From Candidatus Coatesbacteria bacterium (GTDB lineage: Bacteria; RBG-13-66-14; B26-G2; WVWN01): DNA of 62,128 nucleotides. The stretch lies in assembly GCA_020356085.1 (NCBI GenBank), contig CP070633.1, positions 916,525-978,652 on the forward strand, in the 5' to 3' direction. How positions within the stretch are numbered: the stretch's first letter is position 1; the number at the start of each line of letters is the position of its first letter. The translations under genes and the position numbers were made by a program. Below are positions 52,387-60,622 of the stretch, piece after piece. The notes below the pieces were generated by a model. The model had not been told where the DNA came from and searched no databases. It worked only from the letters and a program-made list of their open reading frames with translations.

Positions 52387-53741
52387 CCCAAACGGTCAAG
52401 GTTTCTTTCGAGGTCTTTTAAAATTTTAACGGTCTTCTCCTCCGCGGAGGCGACCGCGCCCTCGATCTTGGAGATCGAGTAGAGGACCGTCGTGTGGTCG
52501 CGGTTTCCGAACGCCAAGCCGATGTCGGCGAGGGAGGAATTCGTTTTCTCGCGGCACAGGTACATCGCTATTTGGCGGGCGCGGGCGACGTTCGCGCGGC
52601 GGGTTTTGGATATGAGGTCGCGGCGGCTGAGGTTGAAGTACTTCGCGGTAGCTTCCTGGAGCTGGTCGAGGGACAGCGATAGGCGGCGCTCCTCGGGGAC
52701 CAGCTCGTTTAAAATGTCTTGGGCGAGAGCGAAAGAAACGGAGGTCCCGGTGTGTTGGGCCGTGGCGAACAAACGATTCAACACACCCTCGATCGCGCGG
52801 ATGTTGGTGGTCAGGCGCGTGGCGATGAGGTCGGCGACCTCGTCGGATATGGCGATGTGTTTCAGCTCGGCTTTGCGCGCTATAATGGCGCGGCGCGTCT
52901 CGTAGTCCGGCGCCTGGATGTCGGCGATGAGGCCCCACTCGAAACGCGTGCGGAGGCGGTCCTCCACCTCCGGGATATCGCGCGGCGCTCGGTCGCTCGA
53001 GAGCACGATCTGGCTGCCGGCCTCGTACAGCGCGTTGAAAGTATGGAAGAATTCGACCTGCGTCCCCTCCATCCCGGCGAGGAACTGGATGTCGTCAACG
53101 AGGAGAAAGTCAACGTTCCGGTATTTCCGGCGGAACGCGTCGGTGCGGTTGTTCTTCACGGCCGCGATCATCTCGTTCATGAAATGGTCGCACGAGAGGT
53201 ACGAGACGCGGATGCCGTTGCCGCGGCCCAGCGTCTCGTGGCCGATCGCGTGCAAAAGGTGCGTTTTGCCCAGGCCGACGCCGCCGTAGATGAAGAGGGG
53301 GTTGTAGCGGGCCCCCGGATTCTGCGCGACCGCGCGGGAGGCGGCGTGGCAGAACGAGTTCGACCGCCCGACTACGAACGTGTCGAACGTGTAGAGCGGA
53401 TTTAATTTCGAAACTTTGGGGGCGGGGTACTTGGCCGCGTCGTCGTCGCGGGAGGTGTTGGCGAGGAAGAGCCCCTCTTGGCCCACCACGGCGCGGAGTT
53501 CGACCTTAACCTCCGGCCCGAGCAGTTCGCGGGCTTTCGCCTCCAATAGGCCCAGATATTTCTCGGTAATAAATTCGCGATAGAGGTTGTTGGGGACCTC
53601 GAGGTGGAGGGTGTCCCCGTCAACGCCGCGGCATGTGACCGGCCGTAGCCACGTTTCGCACTCCTTGCGGTCGAGCTCCGCAGCGAGGCGCTTATAAATA
53701 TCGCGCCAGACGCGGGCTCGTGAGGATGTCGACTTAGCCAC
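52371..53741 (-). CDS. dnaA: Chromosomal replication initiator protein DnaA
   Basis: It has the AAA+ Walker A (GGVGLGKTHLLHA), Walker B (LLVDDIQFL) and the C-terminal DNA-binding signature (REKTNSSLADIGLAFGNRDHTTVLYS). The start is preferred at the GTG at 53741, which has a GGAGGAGGAG RBS. The longest ORF reaches 53783. Confidence 0.93.
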   Translation of the reverse strand: MAKSTSSRARVWRDIYKRLAAELDRKECETWLRPVTCRGVDGDTLHLEVPNNLYREFITEKYLGLLEAKARELLGPEVKVELRAVVGQEGLFLANTSRDDDAAKYPAPKVSKLNPLYTFDTFVVGRSNSFCHAASRAVAQNPGARYNPLFIYGGVGLGKTHLLHAIGHETLGRGNGIRVSYLSCDHFMNEMIAAVKNNRTDAFRRKYRNVDFLLVDDIQFLAGMEGTQVEFFHTFNALYEAGSQIVLSSDRAPRDIPEVEDRLRTRFEWGLIADIQAPDYETRRAIIARKAELKHIAISDEVADLIATRLTTNIRAIEGVLNRLFATAQHTGTSVSFALAQDILNELVPEERRLSLSLDQLQEATAKYFNLSRRDLISKTRRANVARARQIAMYLCREKTNSSLADIGLAFGNRDHTTVLYSISKIEGAVASAEEKTVKILKDLERNLDRLGPAAN

Positions 53742-53773
53742 CTCTCCTCCTCCTACCTCCTGGCGGCCGCGGG

Positions 53774-53782
53774 TTTTCCACA
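53774..53782. promoter_or_regulatory. DnaA-box-like 9-mer (TTTTCCACA)
   Basis: One mismatch to TTATCCACA. It lies about 35 nt upstream of the preferred dnaA start. Confidence 0.4.
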
Positions 53783-54076
53783 ATCATTACGGTGCAACGA
53801 AATGCGGCCTGGCGCGCCGAAGGGCGGTTGCGACGGGTTAAGCCGCCGCGATACCGGCTATACCGCCTCCCCGCAGAGTCGGCGATCCAGCCCGGACGGG
53901 TCGAGCGACCGGCCTTCAACGGACGTAATCGACTCGGATTACAGAGGGTTACGGCTCTAGTCATGACGCGGTATTGAAAATGGCGGTTAAAAACGCCTGC
54001 CAGGTTTTCCGGCAGGGGCGTCGCGCCCGATTTTTAACTTCGCGGGACCGAAAGCAAGGAGGGGACCCCGGACGAC

Positions 54077-54096
54077 TTTTCAACAGCTTATCAACA
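54077..54096. promoter_or_regulatory. Two tandem DnaA-box-like 9-mers (TTTTCAACA gc TTATCAACA)
   Basis: Direct repeat of TT(T/A)TCAACA separated by 2 nt, with 2 and 1 mismatches to TTATCCACA. Confidence 0.3.
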
Positions 54097-54195
54097 AGTA
54101 AAATCAGGCACTTACGACGCTCCCTAATATACCATAACGGCCGCCGATTGCAAGAAAAAAATGTAGCGACTACGGTTTCGCTCCGACGAACGCGT

Positions 54196-54224
54196 TTGAC
54201 TCCCCTCCCGGAACGTGTTATTTT
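54196..54224 (+). promoter_or_regulatory. Putative promoter for the ABC-2 exporter operon
   Basis: TTGACT, a 17-nt spacer ending in TGt, then TATTTT, 27 nt before the ATG at 54251. Confidence 0.45.
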
Positions 54225-54250
54225 CCTGCGGGATAGGCCGAACGTAAAAA

Positions 54251-55198
54251 ATGGATACGTGCGTTTCTTTTTCCGGCGTAAGTAAGGTTTTTACGGGGCC
54301 GGTATCGCTTTGGCGGCCGTGGGCGCCGCGGCGCCGGACGGAGGCCCTGGCCGACGTCGACGTCGACGTCGGCTTCGGCGAAGTCGTTTGCCTGGTGGGG
54401 CCCAACGGCGCCGGGAAAACGACGCTACTCAAGATCGCGGCCGGCGCGGTCCTCCCGGACCGGGGGCGCGTCCGCGTCAACGCCGCCTCCGTCGGCTTCG
54501 TCGCCGGCGGCGAGCGGAGTTTTTATTGGCGGCTCTCGGCCGCGGAGAACTTGCGGTTTTTCGCGGTCCTGTACGGCCTGCCCGCGCGGGAGGTCGGCGC
54601 CGGCGTCGCGCGCGCGTTGGCGAGGGTCGGCCTGGCGGACCGGGCCCGCGACCCGGTCCGGGCTTATTCCTCCGGGATGAGGCAGCGGCTAGCTTTCGCG
54701 CGGGCGCTGTTGGTCGACCCGGCGCTGCTGCTGGTAGACGAGCTGGCCGGCGAGCTGGATTACGCGACGACGCTCGCGCTGGCCCGGTTCGTGCGCGACG
54801 ACCTCGTCGGCGGCGAGGGGCGGAGCGCGCTGGTCGCCACGCACCAGCTCTGGCTCGCGCGGATGATCGCCGACCGCGTCGTCGTGCTGGCCGGGGGCCG
54901 GGTAGTGGCAGCGGGGCCGCCGGAGGCGGTCCTGGGGGTACCGGCTGCGCGGTACGGCGCGCGCCTCCCGCGGGAGAACGAAAGCGTAATCGCCGCGCTC
55001 GGGGGACACGTAGCCGACGTCGCCGTCGAGGCCCGAGCGGGAGGGGTATTCGTATCCTTCACCGAACCGGAGGAGGCGGAGGCCCTGGCCGCGGCGTTCG
55101 AGGTATTGGCGGCGGCGGGGGCGTCGCGCCCGGTTCGGATCGCCGGGGAGGCGGAAACGGCCTATTTAGCGCTCCTGAGCGGGAGGGGCGATGTTTAG
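54251..55198 (+). CDS. ABC transporter ATP-binding protein (ABC-2 / Wzt-TagH-like)
   Basis: 315 aa with Walker A (GPNGAGKTTLLK), the signature YSSGMRQRLAFA and Walker B (LLLVDEL). It has an extra C-terminal domain. Confidence 0.85.
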   Translation: MDTCVSFSGVSKVFTGPVSLWRPWAPRRRTEALADVDVDVGFGEVVCLVGPNGAGKTTLLKIAAGAVLPDRGRVRVNAASVGFVAGGERSFYWRLSAAENLRFFAVLYGLPAREVGAGVARALARVGLADRARDPVRAYSSGMRQRLAFARALLVDPALLLVDELAGELDYATTLALARFVRDDLVGGEGRSALVATHQLWLARMIADRVVVLAGGRVVAAGPPEAVLGVPAARYGARLPRENESVIAALGGHVADVAVEARAGGVFVSFTEPEEAEALAAAFEVLAAAGASRPVRIAGEAETAYLALLSGRGDV

Positions 55199-56003
55199 GT
55201 TCTTGCGGATCGGCGCGGCTTTTCTGAGGCGGGATTTCCTGAATCTCGCCTCCTACCGGTTGTCGTTCCTGATGGGATTCGCCTCGTTGCTGTTCTATTT
55301 ACTGATCTTCTTCTTCGTGGGGCGGGTTTTCTCCGGTTTGGGGTCGAGTTACCTGGCGCGGTACGGCGGCGAATACTTCCCGTTCGGCGTCGGGGGGTTG
55401 GCCATGCAGAGTTTGGTGGGGGCGGGACTGGGCGGCCTGTCGCAGGTCATCGCGCAGGAGCAGTATTTGGGGACGCTCGAGCCGCTGCTGGGGCGCCGGG
55501 GCGGAGGGTTCCGGTTGCTCGCCGCGGCCTCGCTGTCGCGCTACCTGATTTCCTCCGGCCGCTTGCTGGCGTACCTGGTCGTGGCCGCGCTCCTCTTCCG
55601 CGTATCGTTTCGCCTCGCCGGCGTCCCGCTGTTCGTAGGCGTCACGGCGCTGACGGTGGCGGCGTACTTCGGGCTGGGGATGCTGTCGGCGGCGGTCGTC
55701 CTGGTTTTCAAGCAGGGCAATCCGATAAACCTGTTCTTCGGCCAGCTGGCCGCGCTCCTCTCGGGCGTGTTTTTCCCGGTGGAGGTCTTGCCGGCGTGGC
55801 TCCGGACGGTGGGGTCGTTTATACCGCTCACCTACGCGTTGCAAGTGGGCCGCGCCGCGCTCTTGGGGGAGGCTGCCCCGGTTTCGGCGCAGCCGCTCCT
55901 CTACCTGGCGGCGTTCGCGGCGGCGGCGCTCGCCGGCGGCGCGCTCAGCTTTCGGTGGGCGCTCGCGCGGGCCAAGCGCGACGGGTCGCTGGGTCAGTAC
56001 TGA
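55191..56003 (+). CDS. ABC-2 type transporter permease
   Basis: 270 aa with 6 TM helices. The N-terminus ...FLRRDFLNLASYRLSFLMGF... is typical of ABC-2 permeases. It overlaps the ATPase gene by 8 nt. Confidence 0.75.
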   Translation: MFRFLRIGAAFLRRDFLNLASYRLSFLMGFASLLFYLLIFFFVGRVFSGLGSSYLARYGGEYFPFGVGGLAMQSLVGAGLGGLSQVIAQEQYLGTLEPLLGRRGGGFRLLAAASLSRYLISSGRLLAYLVVAALLFRVSFRLAGVPLFVGVTALTVAAYFGLGMLSAAVVLVFKQGNPINLFFGQLAALLSGVFFPVEVLPAWLRTVGSFIPLTYALQVGRAALLGEAAPVSAQPLLYLAAFAAAALAGGALSFRWALARAKRDGSLGQY

Positions 56004-56851
56004 TGGCGCAGCGCGGGGACGCCGGGGCCATGCGGTTGATAGTCAGCGCCGACGATTTCGGGGCCTCGGCCGCGATAAACCGCGGCGTGGCGCGGGCGTG
56101 CCGGGAGGGGATCGTGACGTCGGCGTCGTTGATGGCGGGGGGCGAGGCGTTCGAGGAGGCGCTGGCGCTCGTCGACGACTTGCCGCAGTTGGGGGTGGGC
56201 GCCCACCTCACGTTGGTCGCGGGCCGGGCGGTCCTCCCGCCGGCGCGGGCGCCGACGCTGGTGTCGGGGGACGGTTCGCTGCCCGCGGAGGCCGGCGCGT
56301 TTGCGCGGTCTTTTTTCGGGGGGAAGATTACGCTCGCCGACGTCCGGGCGGAGCTCGGGGCGCAGCTGGCGCGCCTCCTTGCGGCGGGCGTCCGCCTCAC
56401 CCACCTCGACAGCCACCAGCACCTTCACCACCTCCCGGGAGTGGCGGCGGTCGTGGCGGAGCTGGCCCGCGAATTCGGCGTCCGGGCGGCGCGGCTCGGC
56501 CGCTGCCGGTTGCGGCCGCGCGGGCCGCGGTGGTGGGGGCGCCAGCTGGGCTTGCGGTTCGCGGCGGAGGCGTTCGGCCGCCTCGCGCGGCGGGCCGGCT
56601 TGCGGACGCCGGACGGCCTGGTGGGGCACGCGTGGGCCGGCCGGCTGAAGGCGGACCGCCTCACGGCCGTGATGGCCGAGTTACCTCCCGGGACGTGGGA
56701 ACTTATCTGCCACCCGGCGGAGGCAGGGACCGAGGCGGAGGCGGCGGAGGGTTACGACCGGCCGGGGGAACTCGCCGCGCTTACCGCGACGGAGGTCGCC
56801 GCGGCGCGGGAGGAGTACGGCGTGCGCCTTATAAATTACGCCGCCCTCTAG
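56003..56851 (+). CDS. YdjC/ChbG/HpnK-family carbohydrate deacetylase
   Basis: The start is taken at MAQRGDAGAMRLIVSADDFGASAAINRG, with a TGATG overlap onto the permease stop. The blocks SADDFG, GAHLTLV and LDSHQHLHH are family hallmarks. Confidence 0.8.
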   Translation: MAQRGDAGAMRLIVSADDFGASAAINRGVARACREGIVTSASLMAGGEAFEEALALVDDLPQLGVGAHLTLVAGRAVLPPARAPTLVSGDGSLPAEAGAFARSFFGGKITLADVRAELGAQLARLLAAGVRLTHLDSHQHLHHLPGVAAVVAELAREFGVRAARLGRCRLRPRGPRWWGRQLGLRFAAEAFGRLARRAGLRTPDGLVGHAWAGRLKADRLTAVMAELPPGTWELICHPAEAGTEAEAAEGYDRPGELAALTATEVAAAREEYGVRLINYAAL

Positions 56852-56873
56852 GGGGCGGCGGCGTAATATTAAG

Positions 56874-56902
56874 CGGTCCACCTTGCGGCGGGCCGTTTTT
56901 TT
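56874..56902 (+). terminator. Intrinsic terminator
   Basis: Imperfect 8-bp hairpin (56874..56895) followed by T7. Confidence 0.65.
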
Positions 56903-56903
56903 G

Positions 56904-57758
56904 TTACCGGAACAGCGCCTTGACGCGGCCGAGGGAGGCGGGTTCGACCGTGACGCCGCCGTGAATGTCGGAGTTAGTCGCGATCTCGTAAATGAAGCGG
57001 CCGCCCGTGAAGGTCGAGACGAACAGGCTCCGGACGCCGTCCCGGTCCCGGCCTTGGCAGGCGCCGCCGACGTACTCGTCGTTAACGTCGAACGTGAAGC
57101 TCGCCAGCCGGGCGCCGGAGGCGGAATACGCGCGCGCGTCGAAGTGCGGCCGCCCCGAGACCAGCCAGAGGCTCCGACCGTCGAAGGCTAGGCCGTGGTT
57201 GACGGCGTGGTCGGCGCGGAACGAGCCGACGACGGCGCCGTCGTGGGTCATCCGGTATACGTGCCGCGAGTCGTAGGAGGAGGCGTAGAGATACGAGCCG
57301 TCCCAGGTCAGGCCGTTGACGTGGACGCCGGGGTCGAACGGGGAGTCGAATTTGTTGCGGAACTCCCCCGTCCCCGCGTCGAGGGCGTATATTTTCGCGC
57401 GTTTTTGCGCGCTCTCTAGATCGGCGGCGAGGTAGAGCCGGCCCGGCCGCCAGGCGAGGTCCATCGCCCAGTTGACGGAGGGGGGGCAATTGAAGGAGCC
57501 GACGACGCTCGCGGCGCTCGTCTTCCCGTCGTAGGTGAACTTCGTGAGGCGTACCTGGTACAGGCCGCGGTTGTCGGCGACGGCGTACGTTGCCGCGCCG
57601 TCGAAGGCCAGGCCGCGGGGGCCCTGGGAGGAGACGCCGGGCACCAGGAAGCTGGCGAGGATGTTTCCTTGCGCTGCGGCGGTCCCGGCCGTCGCGAGCA
57701 GCGCGGCGGCGAAGCCGAGTCGCCAAGGGTTGCGGTTGCGTCGGATCGAGCTCCTCAT
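56904..57758 (-). CDS. Secreted beta-propeller-like repeat protein (not Ycf48-type) with the same C-terminal tail
   Basis: 284 aa with a signal peptide (AAALLATAGTAAAQG). Its repeats are of the type GLAFDG..., GLTWDGSYLY and HGLAFDGRSLW. It ends ...GVTVEPASLGRVKALFR. Confidence 0.6.
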   Translation of the reverse strand: MRSSIRRNRNPWRLGFAAALLATAGTAAAQGNILASFLVPGVSSQGPRGLAFDGAATYAVADNRGLYQVRLTKFTYDGKTSAASVVGSFNCPPSVNWAMDLAWRPGRLYLAADLESAQKRAKIYALDAGTGEFRNKFDSPFDPGVHVNGLTWDGSYLYASSYDSRHVYRMTHDGAVVGSFRADHAVNHGLAFDGRSLWLVSGRPHFDARAYSASGARLASFTFDVNDEYVGGACQGRDRDGVRSLFVSTFTGGRFIYEIATNSDIHGGVTVEPASLGRVKALFR

Positions 57759-57806
57759 ACGCGTACCCCCCCTATTATACCTCCCGGCGGCGCGGCCGTC
57801 AAACGG

Positions 57807-59069
57807 TCACGGCCCCGGCGTTCCGACGTAGGCGCCGGACGCCAGGTCGCCGGCGGAGGCGAAGTCCTCCGCCCGCGCGCCGACCGCCACGCACGCGTTG
57901 CGCGGGAGGCGGACGCCGGGCGGCACCGCGCTCTCGCGGCCCACGACGACCAGGCCGGAGGTCATCTGCTCCGAGTAGTACTCGTTAGGCGTTAGCTCCT
58001 CCCCGAACCCCACCGTGCAGCCGTCGCCGACGACGGCCTCCTTGTCGACGACGGCGCGGTCGAGGCGGCAGTCGGCGCCGAGGCGGCACCCGTCGAGTAC
58101 GATCGACGACTCCACTACCGTCCCGGGGCCCACGGTCACGCCGGGAAAGAGGAGCGAGTTGCGGACCGTCCCGTGGACGCGGCACCCCTCCGCGACCAGC
58201 GAGCGCGAAACGGCGGCGCCGGGGTAGTACCGCGCCGGCGCGAAGTCGCGGCTCGGCGTGCGAACCGGCCACTCCGAGTCGTAGAGGTTGAAGTCGGGGA
58301 GGTCGACGAGGAGGTCCATGTTCGCGTCGAAGTAGGCCTCCAGCGTCCCGACGTCGCGCCAGTAGTCCTCGTAGATGTAGCAGTAGACGCGGTACTCGTC
58401 GATCAGGGAGGGGAGGAGGTGGCGGCCGAAATCGGTTCTCCCCTCCGGCACGCGGGTCATCGCCGCGAAGAACGCCTTCCGGGTGAACAAGTAGATCCCC
58501 ATCGAGACCATGTCGGATTTCGGCTCCGGCGGTTTTTCCTCGAAGCCGTCGATGCGGCCGTCGGGCGCAAGCTCGAGCGTGCCGAAGCGCGTGGCGTCGG
58601 GGCGGGGAACGCGCAGCGTCGCGACGACGACGTCGGCCTTTTTGGCCTCCAGGAGGCGCCGCAGGAGGTTGTAGTCCATGGCGTAGACGTGGTCGCCGGC
58701 GAGGACCAGGATGTGTTCGAAGGCGCGGGCCTCGACGTAATGGCGGTTCTGATAGCAGGCGTCGGCGGTCCCCTTGTACCAGTCGGAGTCGACGCGGCCC
58801 AGGTGCGGTTGGAGCAGCTCCACGCCTCCCCGGCTCCGATCGAGGTCCCAGGCCCGGCCGATGCCGACGTGCTTCATAAGTGAGCGCGGCCGGTACTGCG
58901 TCAGAATCGCGACGTGGAACAGGCCGGAATTCACGCAGTTGGAAAGCGTGAAGTCGATGAGGCGGTACCGGCCGCCGAAGGGGACGGCCGGTTTGGCCCG
59001 GCGCCGGGAGAGTTCGGCCAGGCGCTCGCCCTTGCCGCCGGCGAGGATAAAGGCCAACGTAGCGCGCAT
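57807..59069 (-). CDS. glgC: Glucose-1-phosphate adenylyltransferase
   Basis: 420 aa. [42 protein letters not shown] has an intact GGxGxRL loop. It also has a C-terminal hexapeptide beta-helix. Confidence 0.92.
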   Translation of the reverse strand: MRATLAFILAGGKGERLAELSRRRAKPAVPFGGRYRLIDFTLSNCVNSGLFHVAILTQYRPRSLMKHVGIGRAWDLDRSRGGVELLQPHLGRVDSDWYKGTADACYQNRHYVEARAFEHILVLAGDHVYAMDYNLLRRLLEAKKADVVVATLRVPRPDATRFGTLELAPDGRIDGFEEKPPEPKSDMVSMGIYLFTRKAFFAAMTRVPEGRTDFGRHLLPSLIDEYRVYCYIYEDYWRDVGTLEAYFDANMDLLVDLPDFNLYDSEWPVRTPSRDFAPARYYPGAAVSRSLVAEGCRVHGTVRNSLLFPGVTVGPGTVVESSIVLDGCRLGADCRLDRAVVDKEAVVGDGCTVGFGEELTPNEYYSEQMTSGLVVVGRESAVPPGVRLPRNACVAVGARAEDFASAGDLASGAYVGTPGP

Positions 59070-59194
59070 AAGCTCCTGTATTGTACTAAAAAACAGGTGT
59101 TAGACAAGGATAATCCGCCACGGCCGGGCTCGGCCAAGGTAGAGAAGGAGCTGTAAACTTGACTATAATTATGAAGTATAAGCCCATTTTTTTC

Positions 59195-59223
59195 TTGACT
59201 CAGGGGTGATTTTTAGTTATAAG
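59195..59223 (+). promoter_or_regulatory. Putative sigma70-type promoter with no downstream plus-strand ORF
   Basis: TTGACT (59195..59200), a 17-nt spacer, then TATAAG (59218..59223). Confidence 0.5.
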
Positions 59224-59229
59224 GATTAA

Positions 59230-59368
59230 AGTACCCGTTAGGGTACGCCAAGGTTCAGAGGAGGAGCGCGGGGTAAACTCGCGTGCTTTGAGAGAGGGGA
59301 CTCGGAGGGAGCCCCACGGGGCGACTCCAGATACGATACCGGGCCGGGCCTTTAGGCCGGCCCGGTTT
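59230..59368 (+). ncRNA. Candidate ~140-nt stand-alone sRNA
   Basis: It lies between the promoter at 59195..59223 and the hairpin at 59339..59365 (+UUU). It begins with a perfect hairpin, GUACCC-GUUA-GGGUAC. It has no ORF and matches no RNA family I recognise. Confidence 0.35.
59339..59368 (+). terminator. GC-rich hairpin with short U-tract
   Basis: CCGGGCCGGGCC-TTTA-GGCCGGCCCGG (one bulge) followed by TTT. Confidence 0.5.
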
Positions 59369-59407
59369 AACATACTTCGCGCCCGGCGAGGGCGAGACAG
59401 GACCCTT

Positions 59408-59440
59408 AAAAAAGCGGCCCCCGGTGGGGGCCGCTTTTTT
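59408..59440. terminator. Bidirectional intrinsic terminator
   Basis: A6-GCGGCCCCC-GGT-GGGGGCCGC-T6, 17 nt downstream of the stop of minus-strand gene 59457..60407. Confidence 0.9.
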
Positions 59441-59456
59441 AAGTTCGGGCGTGGCG

Positions 59457-60407
59457 TTAGTTAAACAGGGACTTAACCTTGCCGAGCGACGTCGCCGACA
59501 CGCCGGGGAAGTTCCGGTATTCGTAGATCACACCGTTTTTTCCTACGGCCCAGCCGTGCTTCTCGTTAATCATGGTCATGCCGGAGAAGTCCTTGGTCGT
59601 CGAGGGGTAGATGGGTACCTTGTTCCATTGCACGCCGTTGTATTTGAGGACGACGCCACCGTCGCAGACGGCCCAGCCGTCGGTGGGGCCGTTGAAGGCC
59701 ATCTCGCGGATCGTGGCGTTGGTGGGCGTGTAGGTCTTAACCCACGTCACGCCTTCGTAGTGGTAGAGGCTGCCGTTCGTGCCGCCGACCCAGCAGTTGT
59801 TGGCGGAGAGGGCGTAGATGCAGTAGAAGTCGTTGGTGGTGGTGGTGCTCACCGAGTTCCACGCCGTACCGGTGAAGTGGAAGATGCGGCCGTTGTCGCC
59901 GCAGAGCCACCCGTCGGTTCCGCTCGAGAAGTAGATGTCGTGGAAGGGAAGCGTGATGCCGAGGTTCCACCGGCTCCACGCGCCGTTCCACCGCCACAGT
60001 TGGCCACCGGCCCCGGCCGCCCACGCTATGGTGGTGCTGCCGGGGGGAACGGAGACGGCGTACATGTTCCGCGTGGTGGGCACGTTGGCGGCCGCCCAGG
60101 TCGTACCGTTGAAATAGGTACCGGCGCCCCGGTAGCCGACGGCCATCCCGAAGTTCGCGGCGCCGAAGGAGACGTCCTGCAGATATTGCGTCGGCCAGTT
60201 TGTGAATTTCGTCCACGTGCCGTTGCGATAGCGCAGGATCTCGCCCCAGTATCCGACGGCCCAACCGTTTCTGTCGTTGACGAACGAGAGGGCGTTGATG
60301 TCGAAGGTGGTAGGCGATTCGAACTCGTACCACCCGTTGCTCGCGAAGCCGGTGCCTACGGCGACCGCCAGCAGCGCCACTACCGTTACTAAAACAGCTC
60401 GCTTCAT
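59457..60407 (-). CDS. Secreted Ycf48/BNR-like beta-propeller repeat protein with conserved C-terminal tail
   Basis: 316 aa with a signal peptide. Its repeats include GWAVGYWGEILRY, AWAAGAGGQLWRW, GWLCGDNGRIFHF, CWVGGTNGSLYHY, GWAVCDGGVVLKY and GWAVGKNGVIYEY. It ends ...GVSATSLGKVKSLFN. Confidence 0.7.
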   Translation of the reverse strand: MKRAVLVTVVALLAVAVGTGFASNGWYEFESPTTFDINALSFVNDRNGWAVGYWGEILRYRNGTWTKFTNWPTQYLQDVSFGAANFGMAVGYRGAGTYFNGTTWAAANVPTTRNMYAVSVPPGSTTIAWAAGAGGQLWRWNGAWSRWNLGITLPFHDIYFSSGTDGWLCGDNGRIFHFTGTAWNSVSTTTTNDFYCIYALSANNCWVGGTNGSLYHYEGVTWVKTYTPTNATIREMAFNGPTDGWAVCDGGVVLKYNGVQWNKVPIYPSTTKDFSGMTMINEKHGWAVGKNGVIYEYRNFPGVSATSLGKVKSLFN

Positions 60408-60532
60408 TTAGGACCACCTCCCGGTGAGGGTGTTGGGAATCGCGTTTACGCCCCGCTTCGCCTCCCGCCCGGCGCCCGTCCGGGGAGATATTGAAGCGGT
60501 GGCTGTGAACTTACACCTCTCAATCGACCAAA

Positions 60533-60561
60533 ATCCTAAATTACTTTTAGCTCGTTGTCAA
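60533..60561 (-). promoter_or_regulatory. Near-consensus sigma70-type promoter for 59457..60407
   Basis: On the minus strand, TTGACA (60561..60556), a 17-nt spacer, then TAGGAT (60538..60533). The RBS GGGAGGTGG lies before the ATG at 60407. Confidence 0.55.
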
Positions 60562-60622
60562 GCGTTTTTTTGGGAAAGCGGCCATACTGAACACCTTACG
60601 GGTTCTGACTTAAAGTTATTTT

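Noticed and set aside
53974-54285. 103-aa ORF in the dnaA upstream region, together with its neighbours 53792..53977 and 53734..53964.
   Set aside because: It has no RBS, a basic low-complexity product, and it runs into the ABC ATPase start. The region is better explained as non-coding regulatory or origin DNA.
59171-59209. Mini-ORF ATG AAG TAT AAG CCC ATT TTT TTC TTG ACT CAG GGG TGA (12 codons) as a leader peptide.
   Set aside because: It has no RBS and overlaps the -35 element of the better-supported promoter. There is nothing to indicate translation.
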